Of a stretch of DNA of 64,000 nt, positions 38,141 to 49,500 are shown one piece after another. The stretch covers positions 2,693 through 66,692 of the forward strand of contig JAQYCQ010000036.1 in the NCBI GenBank assembly GCA_028724585.1, given 5' to 3'. The position numbers and the translations under genes are program-made. The first letter of the stretch is position 1. Each line of letters starts with the position of its first letter. The notes below the pieces were generated by a model that saw only the letters and a list, made by a program, of their open reading frames with translations, did no database searches and was not told the DNA's origin. The DNA comes from Bacillota bacterium. Lineage in GTDB: Bacteria > Bacillota > Clostridia > Peptostreptococcales > Anaerovoracaceae.

Positions 38141-39532
38141 TTACTGGTCGTCGCGTTTCATAAGCATGTCAGCGATCTTGTAGATGTCGCCGGCGCCCAT
38201 TGTGATGACGATGTCTCCCGGCATAGCGTTGTTGCCGACGAAGTCAGCGATCTCTTCGAGAGTCTTGAAGTAGAAGGCTTCCTTCTCAGGCTGGTCCTTC
38301 CTTATCTCGCGGATGAGCTCCCTGGAGCTGATCTTGTAGATGTTCTTTTCGCGAGCCGCGAAGATCTCGGCCATGCAGAGGACGTCAGCGTCGCCGAAGG
38401 CTTTGGTGAACTCGTCGAAGAGGGCCAGAGTACGCGTATAGGTATGAGGCTGGAAGAGGCACCAGATCTTCTTGTGAGGCATGTTCTGGGCAGCCTTGAG
38501 GGTCGCCTTTATCTCTGTCGGGTGATGAGCGTAGTCGTCGATGATCTTGACGCCGTTGGAGGTCGTGCCGATGACGTCGAAACGTCTCTGTGTTCCGGAG
38601 AAGCCGGCGAGGACCTCGGTGATGACAGCAGGGTCTACACCGAGAGTGTGGCATGAAGCGAATGCTGCCAGAGCGTTGGCAATGTTGTGTTCGCCAGGGA
38701 TGCGCAGATGTACGTGAGCGAGGGTCTCGCCCGCCTTGACTACATCGAACTCAGGGTATCCGTTGGAATCGAACTTGATGTTCCTCGCCGCGTAAGTGCT
38801 GCTCTCGGAGAATCCGAATGTGATGATCCTCTCGTCCTTGATGCTGTTGATGATGTTGGATACGAACGGGTTGGCGTCGTAGGCGACGATGAATCCGCCC
38901 TGAGGCACCAGTCTCGCGAACTTGTCGAAGGACTGGACTATGTGGTCTATGTCCTTGAAATAGTCGAGATGGTCGGAATCTATGTTGAGGATGATCTCGA
39001 TATTAGGGCGCAGGTGGAGGAAGCTGTCCATGTATTCGCAGGCTTCTGTTACGAAGTACTGGCTGTGGCCGATCTTGGCGTTGCCGTGGAATTCAGGGAC
39101 GTTGCCGCCGATCAGGACTGTAGGGTCTGTGCCCGCCTTCTCCAGGATGAGGGATACCATAGATGTGGTAGTAGTCTTGCCGTGGGTTCCGGATACGGCT
39201 ATGCTGGTGCCGTACTCGCTCATGAGGGCGCCGAGGGCTTCAGCCCTGGAAACTACAGGGATGCCCTTTTCTTTGCCGGCCAGGATCTCCGGGTTCTCCG
39301 GGGAGACCGCTGAAGAGTAGACTACGATGTCCGCGTCTTTGACGTTGTCAGCGTCGTGGCCGATGTAGACTGTGATGCCCTGCTGCTGAAGGCGCTCGGT
39401 GGTGTCTCCTGACTTCATGTCTGAGCCGGAAACCTCGTATCCCTGTGATTTGAGGATCTCGGCTACCGCGCTGAGCCCAATGCCGCCGATGCCGATGCAG
39501 TGGACGTGCTTATATTTAGTTATATCCAGCAT
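38141..39532 (-). CDS. murC: UDP-N-acetylmuramate--L-alanine ligase
   Basis: HCIGIGGIGLSAVAE and GTHGKTTTT (Mur ligase motifs). Confidence 0.95.
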   Translation of the reverse strand: MLDITKYKHVHCIGIGGIGLSAVAEILKSQGYEVSGSDMKSGDTTERLQQQGITVYIGHDADNVKDADIVVYSSAVSPENPEILAGKEKGIPVVSRAEALGALMSEYGTSIAVSGTHGKTTTTSMVSLILEKAGTDPTVLIGGNVPEFHGNAKIGHSQYFVTEACEYMDSFLHLRPNIEIILNIDSDHLDYFKDIDHIVQSFDKFARLVPQGGFIVAYDANPFVSNIINSIKDERIITFGFSESSTYAARNIKFDSNGYPEFDVVKAGETLAHVHLRIPGEHNIANALAAFASCHTLGVDPAVITEVLAGFSGTQRRFDVIGTTSNGVKIIDDYAHHPTEIKATLKAAQNMPHKKIWCLFQPHTYTRTLALFDEFTKAFGDADVLCMAEIFAAREKNIYKISSRELIREIRKDQPEKEAFYFKTLEEIADFVGNNAMPGDIVITMGAGDIYKIADMLMKRDDQ

Positions 39533-39736
39533 TTTATGCTCCTTTTCATAAACGGTGCTTTAAATCTAAATCTATAATATACTACCCGAAAATATCTTTG
39601 TAAAGCAATCAATGATCAATAGACGACAGCTCCGCTGACGGATGCCTGGCCGCGGGATCTGCCGCCTTTGTATTTTTCTTAAAGTGATGTCCGTGGAGCG
39701 GACGCGAATGCTTTACTGCATTAATGTGATTTTTCC

Positions 39737-39765
39737 TTGACAAGCGCGAACTGCCAAATTATAAT
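39737..39765 (+). promoter_or_regulatory. Consensus sigma-A promoter of the T-box operon
   Basis: TTGACA, a 17-nt spacer, then TATAAT. All 12 hexamer positions match the consensus. Confidence 0.8.
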
Positions 39766-39771
39766 ACGAGT

Positions 39772-40062
39772 AATCAGATTAATAAGGTAAATCCTGTGAT
39801 CAGAATTAGTAGCCTGCCTGTCAGGTGCTTCAGAGAGCCGGCGGCTGGTGTGAGCCGGTGTATCGGGGCAGTGTGAATGGATCTGTGAGGAGCTTCGGGG
39901 AAGGGCCTGAGCCTGTATACGAAGACGCGTTCCCGCGTTACAGGGAGGAGATATCGCGGTATCTTTAGGATAGCTGCTGTATCTTGCTGAGGGGAGAGCG
40001 ATCTCCCGAATAAGGGTGGCACCACGGTCTATCGTCCCTGTGACGATAGACCTTTTTGTTTT
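39772..40062 (+). promoter_or_regulatory. T-box riboswitch leader with a UGG (Trp) specifier
   Basis: GA/AGTA box (gatcagaattAGTAgcc), AG bulge cAGAGAg, distal loop gCTGGTGTGAg, and specifier loop gtGAA-TGG-A (TGG at 39878-39880). T-box sequence AATAAGGGTGGCACCACGG (40008-40026). Terminator GGTCTATCGTC-cctgt-GACGATAGACC followed by Ts. Confidence 0.85.
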
Positions 40063-40080
40063 TTCTAGGAGGAAAGTAAT

Positions 40081-41121
40081 ATGAAAATCAGAAAAGTCAT
40101 GGCGGTATCACTGGTCGCTGTAATGGCAATGTTCACACTCGCTGGCTGCGGAAGCACGAGCTCCGGTTCAGCTTCTTCGGACACGTCTTCCGATTCAGGC
40201 AAGACATATACTGTAGGCATCACTCAGTTCGCTGAGCACGGTTCCCTCGACAACTGCAGGAAGGGTTTCCTCAAGGGCCTCGCTGACGAAGGCATCAAAG
40301 AAGGAGACAACCTCAAGGTAGATTACCAGAACGCTCAGGCAGATACAGGCACTGCCAGCCAGATAGCCGACAGCTTAGTATCGAGCAAGGTAGACATGAT
40401 CTGCGGTATAGCTACACCGACAGCACAGAGCGCCTTCAACGCAGCTCAGAGCACTGACATACCAGTTATCTACACAGCGGTTTCAGATCCTGTAGCCGCA
40501 GGCTTCGCTGACGAAGACGGCAACAGCGTTGGAAACATCACCGGCTCTTCCGATAAGCTCCCTGTTAAGGAACAGCTGGAAATGATCAGGAAGATGATGC
40601 CGGACGCCAAGAAGATCGGTATCCTCTATACTACGAGCGAGACTAACTCAGTTTCCACTATCAAGGAATACAAGAAGCTGGCTCCGGACTACGGATTCGA
40701 GATCGTAGAAAAAGGAATCAACACCATCGCCGATGTAGACATGGCTGCTTCAGACCTGGTAACTAAGGTAGACTGCATCAGCAACCTCACAGACAATACA
40801 GTAGTAGAGTCTCTGCAGACTGTTCTCGACAAGGCTAACGCCGCAGGTATCCCTGTATTCGGATCAGAGATAGAGCAGGTAAGGAACGGCTGCGTCGCTT
40901 CTATGGGTATAGACTACACAGCACTCGGCGAAGAGACAGGCAAGATGGCAGCCAAGATCCTCAAGGGCGAAGCGACTGCCGAAGACACTAAATACATCAC
41001 TGCGTCAAAAGCGCTCCTTTATGTAAACACTGAGGCAGCCGAGAAAGTAAACCTGACTCTCGACCAGGATTACATCAAGGACGCAGCTGAGACCTTCGAC
41101 AAGATCGAAGCCAGCAAATAG
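40081..41121 (+). CDS. ABC transporter substrate-binding lipoprotein (ABC_sub_bind / PF04392-like)
   Basis: Lipobox FTLAGC-G and a Ser-rich linker. The YTVGITQFAEH..LD start is typical of this family. Confidence 0.8.
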   Translation: MKIRKVMAVSLVAVMAMFTLAGCGSTSSGSASSDTSSDSGKTYTVGITQFAEHGSLDNCRKGFLKGLADEGIKEGDNLKVDYQNAQADTGTASQIADSLVSSKVDMICGIATPTAQSAFNAAQSTDIPVIYTAVSDPVAAGFADEDGNSVGNITGSSDKLPVKEQLEMIRKMMPDAKKIGILYTTSETNSVSTIKEYKKLAPDYGFEIVEKGINTIADVDMAASDLVTKVDCISNLTDNTVVESLQTVLDKANAAGIPVFGSEIEQVRNGCVASMGIDYTALGEETGKMAAKILKGEATAEDTKYITASKALLYVNTEAAEKVNLTLDQDYIKDAAETFDKIEASK

Positions 41122-41149
41122 CAAATATAACTTATAGGAGGCCGTTAAA

Positions 41150-42124
41150 TTGAATCTGCTGCTCAGTGTGCTCGAACAGGGCATGATATACGCCATCATG
41201 GGACTCGGCGTATATATAACTTATAAAATACTAGACTTCCCTGACCTTACGGTCGACGGAAGCTTTCCGCTGGGAGCGGCTATAGGCGCCGCTATGATAT
41301 CCCGCGGCATGAACCCGCTGCTGGCGGTGTTCGCCGCGCTAGCCGCCGGTGCCGTCGTCGGCATGTGTACAGGCATCATACACGTAAAGTTCAAGGTGCG
41401 TGACCTGCTGGCCGGCATCATAATGATGACCGCTCTCTACACGGTACATATCAGGATAGCCGGAAGGGCAAACCTGCCTATCTACGGCAAGGACACCATA
41501 TTCCACAACAGCTTAGTCGACGGGATATTCCAGGGACCTCTGGCTCAGTTTAAGACCGTCATCATCATCCTGATCGTAACCCTCATCTCCAAGTACGTTC
41601 TCGACTGGTACATGAGCACCAAGTCGGGCTTCATGCTCAGGGCTGTAGGCGACAACGAGACTATCGTTACCTCGATGGGCGTCGACATGGGACATGTAAA
41701 GATCCTGGGACTGGCTATCTCCAACGCGCTCGTGACCATGAGCGGCTGCATCTACGCGCAGCAGCAGAGGTTCTACGACGCCGCTATGGGACCTGGTACT
41801 GTAGTAATAGGCCTGGCCAGCGTTATCATCGGCACCAGCCTCTTCAAGAACGTTAGCTTCCTGCGCGTGACCAGCAGCGTAGTGATAGGCTCCATCATCT
41901 ACAAAGCCTGCGTGGCCCTGGCCATCAAAGCCGGCCTGCCGTCGACAGACCTCAAGATGATCACAGCCGTTCTCTTCCTGATCATACTCATCATCAGCAT
42001 GGACAGAAAGAAGAAGCGCAAGCAGGTTTCTGACAGCTACTATGACGGCGGAGACAGGGACGATCCTGCCGGCATGAAGGACAGGGCTTATACGGAAGGA
42101 GGCGGAACGGATGCTCGAGCTTAA
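41150..42124 (+). CDS. ABC transporter permease
   Basis: Starts LLSVLEQGMIYAIMGLGVYITY and has ~8 TM helices. TTG start after GGAGG. The C-terminus is a charged tail. Confidence 0.82.
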   Translation: MNLLLSVLEQGMIYAIMGLGVYITYKILDFPDLTVDGSFPLGAAIGAAMISRGMNPLLAVFAALAAGAVVGMCTGIIHVKFKVRDLLAGIIMMTALYTVHIRIAGRANLPIYGKDTIFHNSLVDGIFQGPLAQFKTVIIILIVTLISKYVLDWYMSTKSGFMLRAVGDNETIVTSMGVDMGHVKILGLAISNALVTMSGCIYAQQQRFYDAAMGPGTVVIGLASVIIGTSLFKNVSFLRVTSSVVIGSIIYKACVALAIKAGLPSTDLKMITAVLFLIILIISMDRKKKRKQVSDSYYDGGDRDDPAGMKDRAYTEGGGTDARA

Positions 42125-42884
42125 GCACATCTACAAGACATATAATCCGGGCACTGTAAACGAACACGTCCTCTTCCAGGATTTCAACCTGAAGATAGAC
42201 GACGGCGAATTCGTGACCGTCGTAGGCTCCAACGGTTCCGGCAAAACATCAATGCTCAACGTCATCTGCGGCAGCGTGGACATAGACGCGGGGCAGGTAG
42301 TGATAAACGACAAGGACATTTCCGACGAAAAGGACTTCATCCGCCACAGGAGGATAGGCCGCGTGTTCCAGGATCCCGCCAAGGGAACCTGCCCGAGCAT
42401 GAACATAGTCGAAAACCTTTCCATCGCTGACAACAAGGGCAAAAAGTACGGTCTCTCCAGAGGCCTCAACAAAGCCAGGATGAACTATTACCGCGATATC
42501 CTCGCTGACCTCGGGCTCGGCCTTGAGAACCAGATGGATTCTCCGGTGGGCTCGCTCTCAGGCGGCCAGCGCCAGGCGGTGGCTCTGCTGATGGCGACTC
42601 TGCAGCCTATAGAGTTCCTGATCCTCGACGAGCATACAGCGGCGCTCGACCCTAAGACGGCTGAGATCATCATGCAGCTGACCGACAGGATCGTAAAGGA
42701 AAAGAAAGTCACGACCATCATGGTCACTCATAACCTCAGGTACGCCGTAGATTACGGCTCCCGCCTGATAATGATGCACCAGGGAGAGGCCATCCTCGAC
42801 AAGGATGAAGAAGAAAAAAGCGCAATGTCAATAGACGATATACTGGCGCTCTTCAATGAAATAAGCATTGAGTGCGGAAATTAA
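42111..42884 (+). CDS. ABC transporter ATP-binding protein
   Basis: GSNGSGKTS, LSGGQRQAVALL and LILDEHTAALD. It overlaps the permease gene by 14 nt. Confidence 0.9.
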   Translation: MLELKHIYKTYNPGTVNEHVLFQDFNLKIDDGEFVTVVGSNGSGKTSMLNVICGSVDIDAGQVVINDKDISDEKDFIRHRRIGRVFQDPAKGTCPSMNIVENLSIADNKGKKYGLSRGLNKARMNYYRDILADLGLGLENQMDSPVGSLSGGQRQAVALLMATLQPIEFLILDEHTAALDPKTAEIIMQLTDRIVKEKKVTTIMVTHNLRYAVDYGSRLIMMHQGEAILDKDEEEKSAMSIDDILALFNEISIECGN

Positions 42885-42909
42885 CGGCCTCCGCATTCTA
42901 AATAAAAGG

Positions 42910-42936
42910 CAGGCTCCGGAAACGGGGCCTGTTTTT
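42910..42936 (+). terminator. Operon terminator
   Basis: CAGGCTCC-ggaaac-GGGGCCTG followed by T5. Confidence 0.7.
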
Positions 42937-43180
42937 CTCTGCCCGCGACGGCTCCGCCGACAGGGCGCTGGCGCGCGGGTCTACCTGCCGCAGCGGATTA
43001 ATATATTATAAGCTGTGCAATTTGCTGAAATCTGTGATTTTGTATTGGGAAATAAACAATATGAATGGCTTAAAGGTGTCTTTTTACGTAGAAATATATT
43101 AAGCAATCATTTATAATTGGTTTGTCAGAAATGATTTTAAATGACTTATTGTATCCAGATGATTGGAGCGACTAATCTAT

Positions 43181-44587
43181 ATGAACTGTAAAACAGCCGT
43201 GATCCTGGCGGCAGGCGCCGGGACACGTATGAAATCAGCAAAACCTAAGGTCCTTCACGAAATAATGGGGCGGCCGATGGTATCCCACGTCATCTCTCAG
43301 GTAAGAAAGTCAGGCACAGAAAAGATCATAGTCGTGGTAGGACACGGCGCGCAGGAAGTCCAGGAGGCCCTCTCAGGCGAAGGCGTCAGCTTTGCTGTTC
43401 AGGAGGAGCAGCTCGGCACAGGACATGCGGTGATCCAGGCCCTGGACCAGATCCCTGAAGAAGGTGACGTTTTTATTGTCTGCGGAGACACTCCGCTCAT
43501 CACCGGCGAAACTTTATCGAAGTTTGCGGATCACCATGGGAAAAGCGGGGCGGCACTCACAGTGCTCACCGCCGAGTATGACGATCCGACAGGCTACGGC
43601 AGGATCATCAGGGACGCGGACGGAAGGCTGCTCAGGATCGTAGAGCAGAAGGACGCTGATGATGAAGAAAAAGCTGTTAAGGAAGTAAATGCCGGGATGT
43701 ACTGCGTGAGCGCGGCATTCCTCAGGGAATCCCTTCCTAAGCTTACAAACGACAATGCCCAGAAGGAATATTACATCACAGACCTCATAGCTATGGCGGC
43801 AGCGACTGATAAGGGCGCGGCTGCTTACTGCGCGGAGGATGCTGACGAGATCATGGGCGTCAACAACAGGGTGCAGCTGGCGGCAGCCGCTAAGATCATG
43901 AGAAAGCGCGTCAACGAACGCCTCATGATGGACGGCGTCACTATCATAGACCCGGATTCCACATATATCGACGATACCGTAGAGATCGGAAGCGATACCG
44001 AGATCGGCCCCAATACTATAATCAAGGGCGCGACTAAGATCGGCAGCAATGTTTCCGTCGGCGCGGGATGTCAGATAGAAGACAGCGTCATAGAAGACGG
44101 CGTCGACATACTCAAGTCGGTAGTGAAGGAAAGCCATATAGGCGCCAGGACTCATGTCGGACCTTTCGCTTACCTCAGGCCGGGCAACGAGATTGGAGAA
44201 GAATGCAAGGTCGGCGACTTCGTCGAGTTCAAGAATTCGGTATTCGGCGACGGCTCAAAGGCTTCCCACCTCGCTTACATAGGAGACGCTGATGTCGGCA
44301 ACGACTGCAACGTAGGATGCGGCGTTATCTTCGCCAACTACGACGGCAAGCACAAGCACCGCACTACCGTGGGCGACAGGGTCTTCATCGGCAGCAATTC
44401 CAACCTGGTGGCTCCGGTGAAAGTGAACGACGACGCTTTCATAGCGGCAGGCACTACAGTTACTAAAGAAGTCGGCGAAGGCGCTTTATGCGTAGGCCGC
44501 GTCAGAGACTACACAGAAGAAGGCTGGGTCGACAAGAAAGACCTTAAGCGCGAGAAGCTTCACGGGTCTCACAGAGAAAAGAAATAA
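43181..44587 (+). CDS. glmU: Bifunctional UDP-GlcNAc pyrophosphorylase / GlcN-1-P acetyltransferase
   Basis: AVILAAGAGTRMKS and C-terminal left-handed beta-helix hexapeptide repeats. I chose ATG 43181. Confidence 0.93.
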   Translation: MNCKTAVILAAGAGTRMKSAKPKVLHEIMGRPMVSHVISQVRKSGTEKIIVVVGHGAQEVQEALSGEGVSFAVQEEQLGTGHAVIQALDQIPEEGDVFIVCGDTPLITGETLSKFADHHGKSGAALTVLTAEYDDPTGYGRIIRDADGRLLRIVEQKDADDEEKAVKEVNAGMYCVSAAFLRESLPKLTNDNAQKEYYITDLIAMAAATDKGAAAYCAEDADEIMGVNNRVQLAAAAKIMRKRVNERLMMDGVTIIDPDSTYIDDTVEIGSDTEIGPNTIIKGATKIGSNVSVGAGCQIEDSVIEDGVDILKSVVKESHIGARTHVGPFAYLRPGNEIGEECKVGDFVEFKNSVFGDGSKASHLAYIGDADVGNDCNVGCGVIFANYDGKHKHRTTVGDRVFIGSNSNLVAPVKVNDDAFIAAGTTVTKEVGEGALCVGRVRDYTEEGWVDKKDLKREKLHGSHREKK

Positions 44588-44623
44588 ATAAACCGTCACT
44601 AATCATTTATCGGAGGAAATAAT

Positions 44624-45592
44624 ATGAAAAACGGTGTGTTCAGCGAATACAAAATCTTTGCAGGAAATTCAAATCCGGCCCTTGCCGAGGAGATCGCTTC
44701 CATCATGGGACACCCTCTTGGCAAGTCAACGATCAGCAAATTCAGCGACGGTGAAATTTCAGTAAGCATCTGGGAGAGTGTCCGCGGCGAAGACGTATAT
44801 ATCATCCAGTCGACATGCGCTCCTACAAATGACAACCTCATGGAGCTCCTCATCATGATAGACGCCATGAAGAGAGCTTCAGCTTCCAGGATCAACGCGG
44901 TCATCCCTTACTACGGATACGCAAGACAGGACAGGAAGGCTAAGTCAAGAGACCCTATCACAGCAAAGCTCACAGCTGACCTTCTCAGCGTTGCCGGCGT
45001 AGACAGAGTCATCACTATGGACCTTCACGCTGCGCAGATCCAGGGCTACTTCGATGTACCTGTAGACCACCTGGTAGGCTCTCCTATCCTCGGAAAGTAC
45101 TTTAAGGAACAGATCCAGGAAGGCAAGATCGACAAGGACGTAGTAGTAGTTTCTCCTGACCTCGGCAGCGTAACAAGAGCGCGTACCTTCTCCAATATCC
45201 TGGACTGCCCTATCGCTATCGTAGACAAGAGAAGACCTAAGCCAAACGTTTCAGAGATCATGAACATCATCGGCGACATAGAAGGCAAGACAGCTATCCT
45301 GGTAGACGATATGGTAGATACAGCAGGAACTATCACAAACGCAGCAAACGCTCTTAAGAAGCTGGGCGCAAAGGAAGTATACGCCTGCGCTACACATCCT
45401 GTACTTTCAGGCCCTGCCTTCAAGAGGATCGAAGACTCAGAGATCAAGGAAATGGTTCTCCTGAACACTATTCCGCTTCCTGAGGACGTTCCTACAGACA
45501 AGATCAAGATGCTCTCAGTAGCGCCTATGTTTGCTGAAGCAATGAAGAGGGTATTCACAAACGAGTCTCTCAGCATGCTCTTCAACGAATAA
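44624..45592 (+). CDS. prs: Ribose-phosphate pyrophosphokinase
   Basis: YARQDRK, and DLHA.QIQGFF-type and [10 protein letters not shown] motifs. Confidence 0.95.
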   Translation: MKNGVFSEYKIFAGNSNPALAEEIASIMGHPLGKSTISKFSDGEISVSIWESVRGEDVYIIQSTCAPTNDNLMELLIMIDAMKRASASRINAVIPYYGYARQDRKAKSRDPITAKLTADLLSVAGVDRVITMDLHAAQIQGYFDVPVDHLVGSPILGKYFKEQIQEGKIDKDVVVVSPDLGSVTRARTFSNILDCPIAIVDKRRPKPNVSEIMNIIGDIEGKTAILVDDMVDTAGTITNAANALKKLGAKEVYACATHPVLSGPAFKRIEDSEIKEMVLLNTIPLPEDVPTDKIKMLSVAPMFAEAMKRVFTNESLSMLFNE

Positions 45593-45854
45593 TATCGAAG
45601 ATCAAACGGGCCTGCGTCCGATCCTCGGACAGGGCCGCTTAGCTGGATCCGGCGGCGGGCGCCGGTCTCGCTCCATAAGCCGCCTGCGGCGGCAGAAAAC
45701 AAAACATCAAGGACAGAACAAGCCGGGGGTGGTATTTCCATCCGTGGCTTCTCTGTCGTTATGCGGATTCGGCCGGCTGGGGCCGGCCCTTCGCTAAGAG
45801 GCGGGCGTGTGAGGACGCCCTTAAGATCCGCGGATACGGGAGGAAAAAGCAGAT

Positions 45855-46541
45855 ATGAAGATAATAGCAGGACTGGGGAATCCCGGCCGCGAATACGAAA
45901 AGACAAAACACAATGTAGGCTTCATGACAGTTGACCTGCTGGCGGAGAGACTGGGCATAAGCGTTACCAGGCTCAAGTTCAAGGCCCTTATAGGCGACGG
46001 CAGGATCGGTACCGAGAAAGTCATCATAGTCAAGCCGCAGACCTACATGAACCTGTCCGGCGACAGCATCAGGGAGATAATGAACTTCTATAAGCTGGAC
46101 CCGGAAGACCTCATAGTCATCTACGACGACATAGATATTCCAGTTGGAACCCTGCGCATCAGGCAGAAGGGCTCGGCGGGCACTCATAACGGCATGAGAT
46201 CCGTGGTCAGCCAGCTGGGCAGCGAGGCTTTCCCGAGAGTCCGCGTCGGCATCGGCTCGGAAAACAGGGGTGACCTGGTCAACTATGTCATCAGCGGCTT
46301 CAAGGGCTCGGATAAGGACAACGTCAGGCAGGCTATAGAGAAGGCGGCAGACGCTGTAGAATGCATGGTCAGGGAAGGAGTTTCCATGGCTATGAACAAG
46401 TACAATACCAAGAAGGCGAAGAAAAAGAAGAAAGCCGCGGAAGAGGACCCTGCCCCTAAGGCGGAGGCGGCGGATAAAAAGGCGGAGAACGGCGCCGCAG
46501 CGGCTGAAAGCAGTAAGGAAGCAGCACAGAAGACCGAATAG
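45855..46541 (+). CDS. pth: Peptidyl-tRNA hydrolase with a Lys/Ala/Glu-rich C-terminal extension
   Basis: GLGNPG.EY..T.HN.GF and GTHNG, plus a ~45-aa low-complexity tail (KKAKKKKKAAEEDPAPKAEAADKK...). Confidence 0.92.
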   Translation: MKIIAGLGNPGREYEKTKHNVGFMTVDLLAERLGISVTRLKFKALIGDGRIGTEKVIIVKPQTYMNLSGDSIREIMNFYKLDPEDLIVIYDDIDIPVGTLRIRQKGSAGTHNGMRSVVSQLGSEAFPRVRVGIGSENRGDLVNYVISGFKGSDKDNVRQAIEKAADAVECMVREGVSMAMNKYNTKKAKKKKKAAEEDPAPKAEAADKKAENGAAAAESSKEAAQKTE

Positions 46542-46553
46542 GAGGAAACTCTA

Positions 46554-49500
46554 ATGGCAAATGGGATCAGAGGACTTATCGAAGCGGTGGAAAAAGGCGG
46601 CATAGTCTGCGCTGCCGGAGCGAACAGGGGCAGGACGGCATACGCCTGCGCGCGGCTCATGAAGGAAAAGGGCGGCCAGATGCTCATCATAGTGCCGTCG
46701 GAAGAACGGGCCAGGGAAATGAAGGATTTCCTCAATTTCTTCAGCCCCGATAAAGAGGTTTTCGTATTTCCGGATGAGGAGAGGCACACCTTCCACTACG
46801 ATGCTATGAGCAGGTCGGGCAGCTTCGGCAGGATAGAGTGCCTGACAGCTATGCTGGCAGGCAAGGAAGGCTTTTTTGTAGCACCGGTGATGGCGGCGTC
46901 CAGAGGCATGGTGTCTAAGGAAGAGTTCGCCGCCAGCGAGGCGCGTCTTGTCCGCGGAGCGGACGTGGAGGGCGACCTCAGGGAAATGCTTGCCAGCGCG
47001 GGCTATGAGAGATGCTCCATGGTAGAGGCTCCGGGCCAGTTCAGCGTCAGGGGCGGGATAGTGGACGTATTTCCGCCGGGCAGCGAGAATCCTTACAGGA
47101 TAGATTTTTTCGACACAGAGGTAGATGACATCAGGCAGTTCGAGACCTTCTCGCAGAGGTCCCTGGGCTCGCTGGACAGTCTGGTCATCCCGCCGGCGGC
47201 AGCCAGGGATCCGGAGGACAGCGGCAGCGCTTCATATATCTGGGACTACATGGCAGAGGGCAGCATGATCTGCGCCGATGACTGGAACAGGATCTGCGAG
47301 GCCCGGGATCTGGCCGACAGGGAGTGGGCGGCTTCCGCGGCAGCTGACAGCGGCCGTGACGATGAGGAAGACGCTGATGGAGCAGACAGGCAGGAAAGTA
47401 CAGAGGTTTTCCTGGATCTCAAGGATCTGGCGGCAGGGCTTGATAAGGCGGGAGATTTCTTCATAACGGAACCGCTCGACGCCCAGCTTAAGGAAATGAG
47501 CGGGGATGTGGAGAGAGTACGCGTGTCCTGCGCGCCGGCCTCTTCTTACAGCGGACAGATGAAATTCTTCGGCGACGACCTTAAGAGAATGTCAGGGGAG
47601 GGCTATGAGATCCATGTGGCATGCTCCACAGACGAGAGGCTTTCCAACCTCAGGGGCTTCGTGGACAGGATGGAGATAGTCGGGAGCATCTTCTTCGACA
47701 GCGGTTTCCTGCCGGAAGGCATGATCTTCTCGGACGATAAGCTGGCTTTTATCTCGGACAGCGATATCTTCAGGTCGGCTAAGAAGAAGAGAAAGAAGAA
47801 AAAGAAGAGCCGCAATAAGATGGCGGCCTTCGCGGACTTCAACGAAGGAGATTACGTCGTTCACGAGAACCGCGGCATCGGCATATTCCTGGGCATAGAG
47901 CCTATGGTGGTCGATGACGTGAGACGCGATTACATGGCTATCCAGTACGCCGGCGGGGACATGCTCTATGTGCCTGTAGAGCAGATGGACCTGGTGCAGC
48001 CGTATATCGGTTCGGGCGGAAACACGCCTAAGGTCAGCAGGCTGGGGTCGGCTGACTGGACAAAGACGAAGGCCAAGGCAAGGGCGGCTGTCGAGAATAT
48101 GGCAGAGGAGCTGGTAGAGCTCTCGGCCGAGCGCAAGATGGAGCCGGGCTTCCAGTTCAGCCCTGACACAGTGTGGCAGAAGCAGTTCGAGGACCAGTTC
48201 CCTTACGAGGAGACTGACGACCAGCTGCGCTGTATAGATGAGATAAAGATGGATATGGAGAGCCCCTGGCCTATGGATAGGCTGCTCTGCGGAGACGTGG
48301 GCTTCGGCAAGACCGAGGTCGCGGCGCGCGCCGTGTTCAAGTGCATCATGGATGGAAAGCAGGCGGCGGTGCTGGTACCTACGACCATCCTGGCCAACCA
48401 GCACTACGAGAAGTTCAAGGAACGTTTCAGCAAGTTCCCTTGCACTATCGATATGCTTTCAAGGTTCAGGTCGGACGCCGAGCAGAAAAAGACCGTGGAG
48501 GCTGTAGCGGAAGGAAAGGTGGATGTGCTCATCGGAACTCACCGCCTGCTCTCCCAGGATGTAAAATTCAAGGATCTGGGCCTGCTGGTCATAGACGAGG
48601 AGCAGCGCTTCGGCGTACAGCATAAGGAAGCTATCAAAAAGCTCAAAAAGAATGTGGACGTGCTGTCGCTCTCAGCTACCCCTATACCTCGTACCCTCCA
48701 CATGTCCCTTTCAGGGATCAGGAGCATGAGCACCATAGAAGAGGCGCCTGAGGACAGGTTCCCGGTACAGACCTATGTGCTGGAGGAGGACGATTCGCTT
48801 CTGCGCGGCATCATCATGCGCGAGCTGGACCGCGGCGGCCAGTGCTTCGTCATCTACAACAGGGTGCGCGGCATCAATATGATCGCCGACAGGATACGCG
48901 ATCTGGTGCCTGAGGCAAGGGTGGCATGCGCCCACGGCCGCATGGACGAACGCAAGCTCGAGGATATCATGGACGAGTTCGTGGGACACGAGTACGATGT
49001 CCTGGTGGCGACGACCATCATAGAGTCCGGCATAGACATACCGGCGGCCAATACGCTCATAGTCCTCGATTCCGACAGGTACGGGCTGGCCCAGCTCTAC
49101 CAGCTGAGAGGCAGGGTGGGCCGTTCCAATGTCGCGGCCTACGCCTATTTCATGTATCAGAAGAACAAGGTGCTCAGCGATGTGGCAGAGCGCCGTCTCA
49201 GAGCTATCCGCGAGTTCACGGAGTTTGGCTCGGGCTTCAGGATCGCCATGAAAGACCTGGAGATCCGCGGAGCCGGCAATCTGATCGGCACCGAGCAGTC
49301 CGGCCACATGATGACGATAGGCTACGAGCTCTACTGCAAGATGATAGACGACGCGGTAAGGCGCCTCAGGGGCGAAAAGGTCGAAGAGGAAGAGATGGAG
49401 GTCACGGTCGATATCAGCGCCGACGCCTTCATTTCATCCGACTACATCAGCGACGAGAGCGTCAAGCTCGACATGTACAAGCGCATAGCCGGCATAAGGA

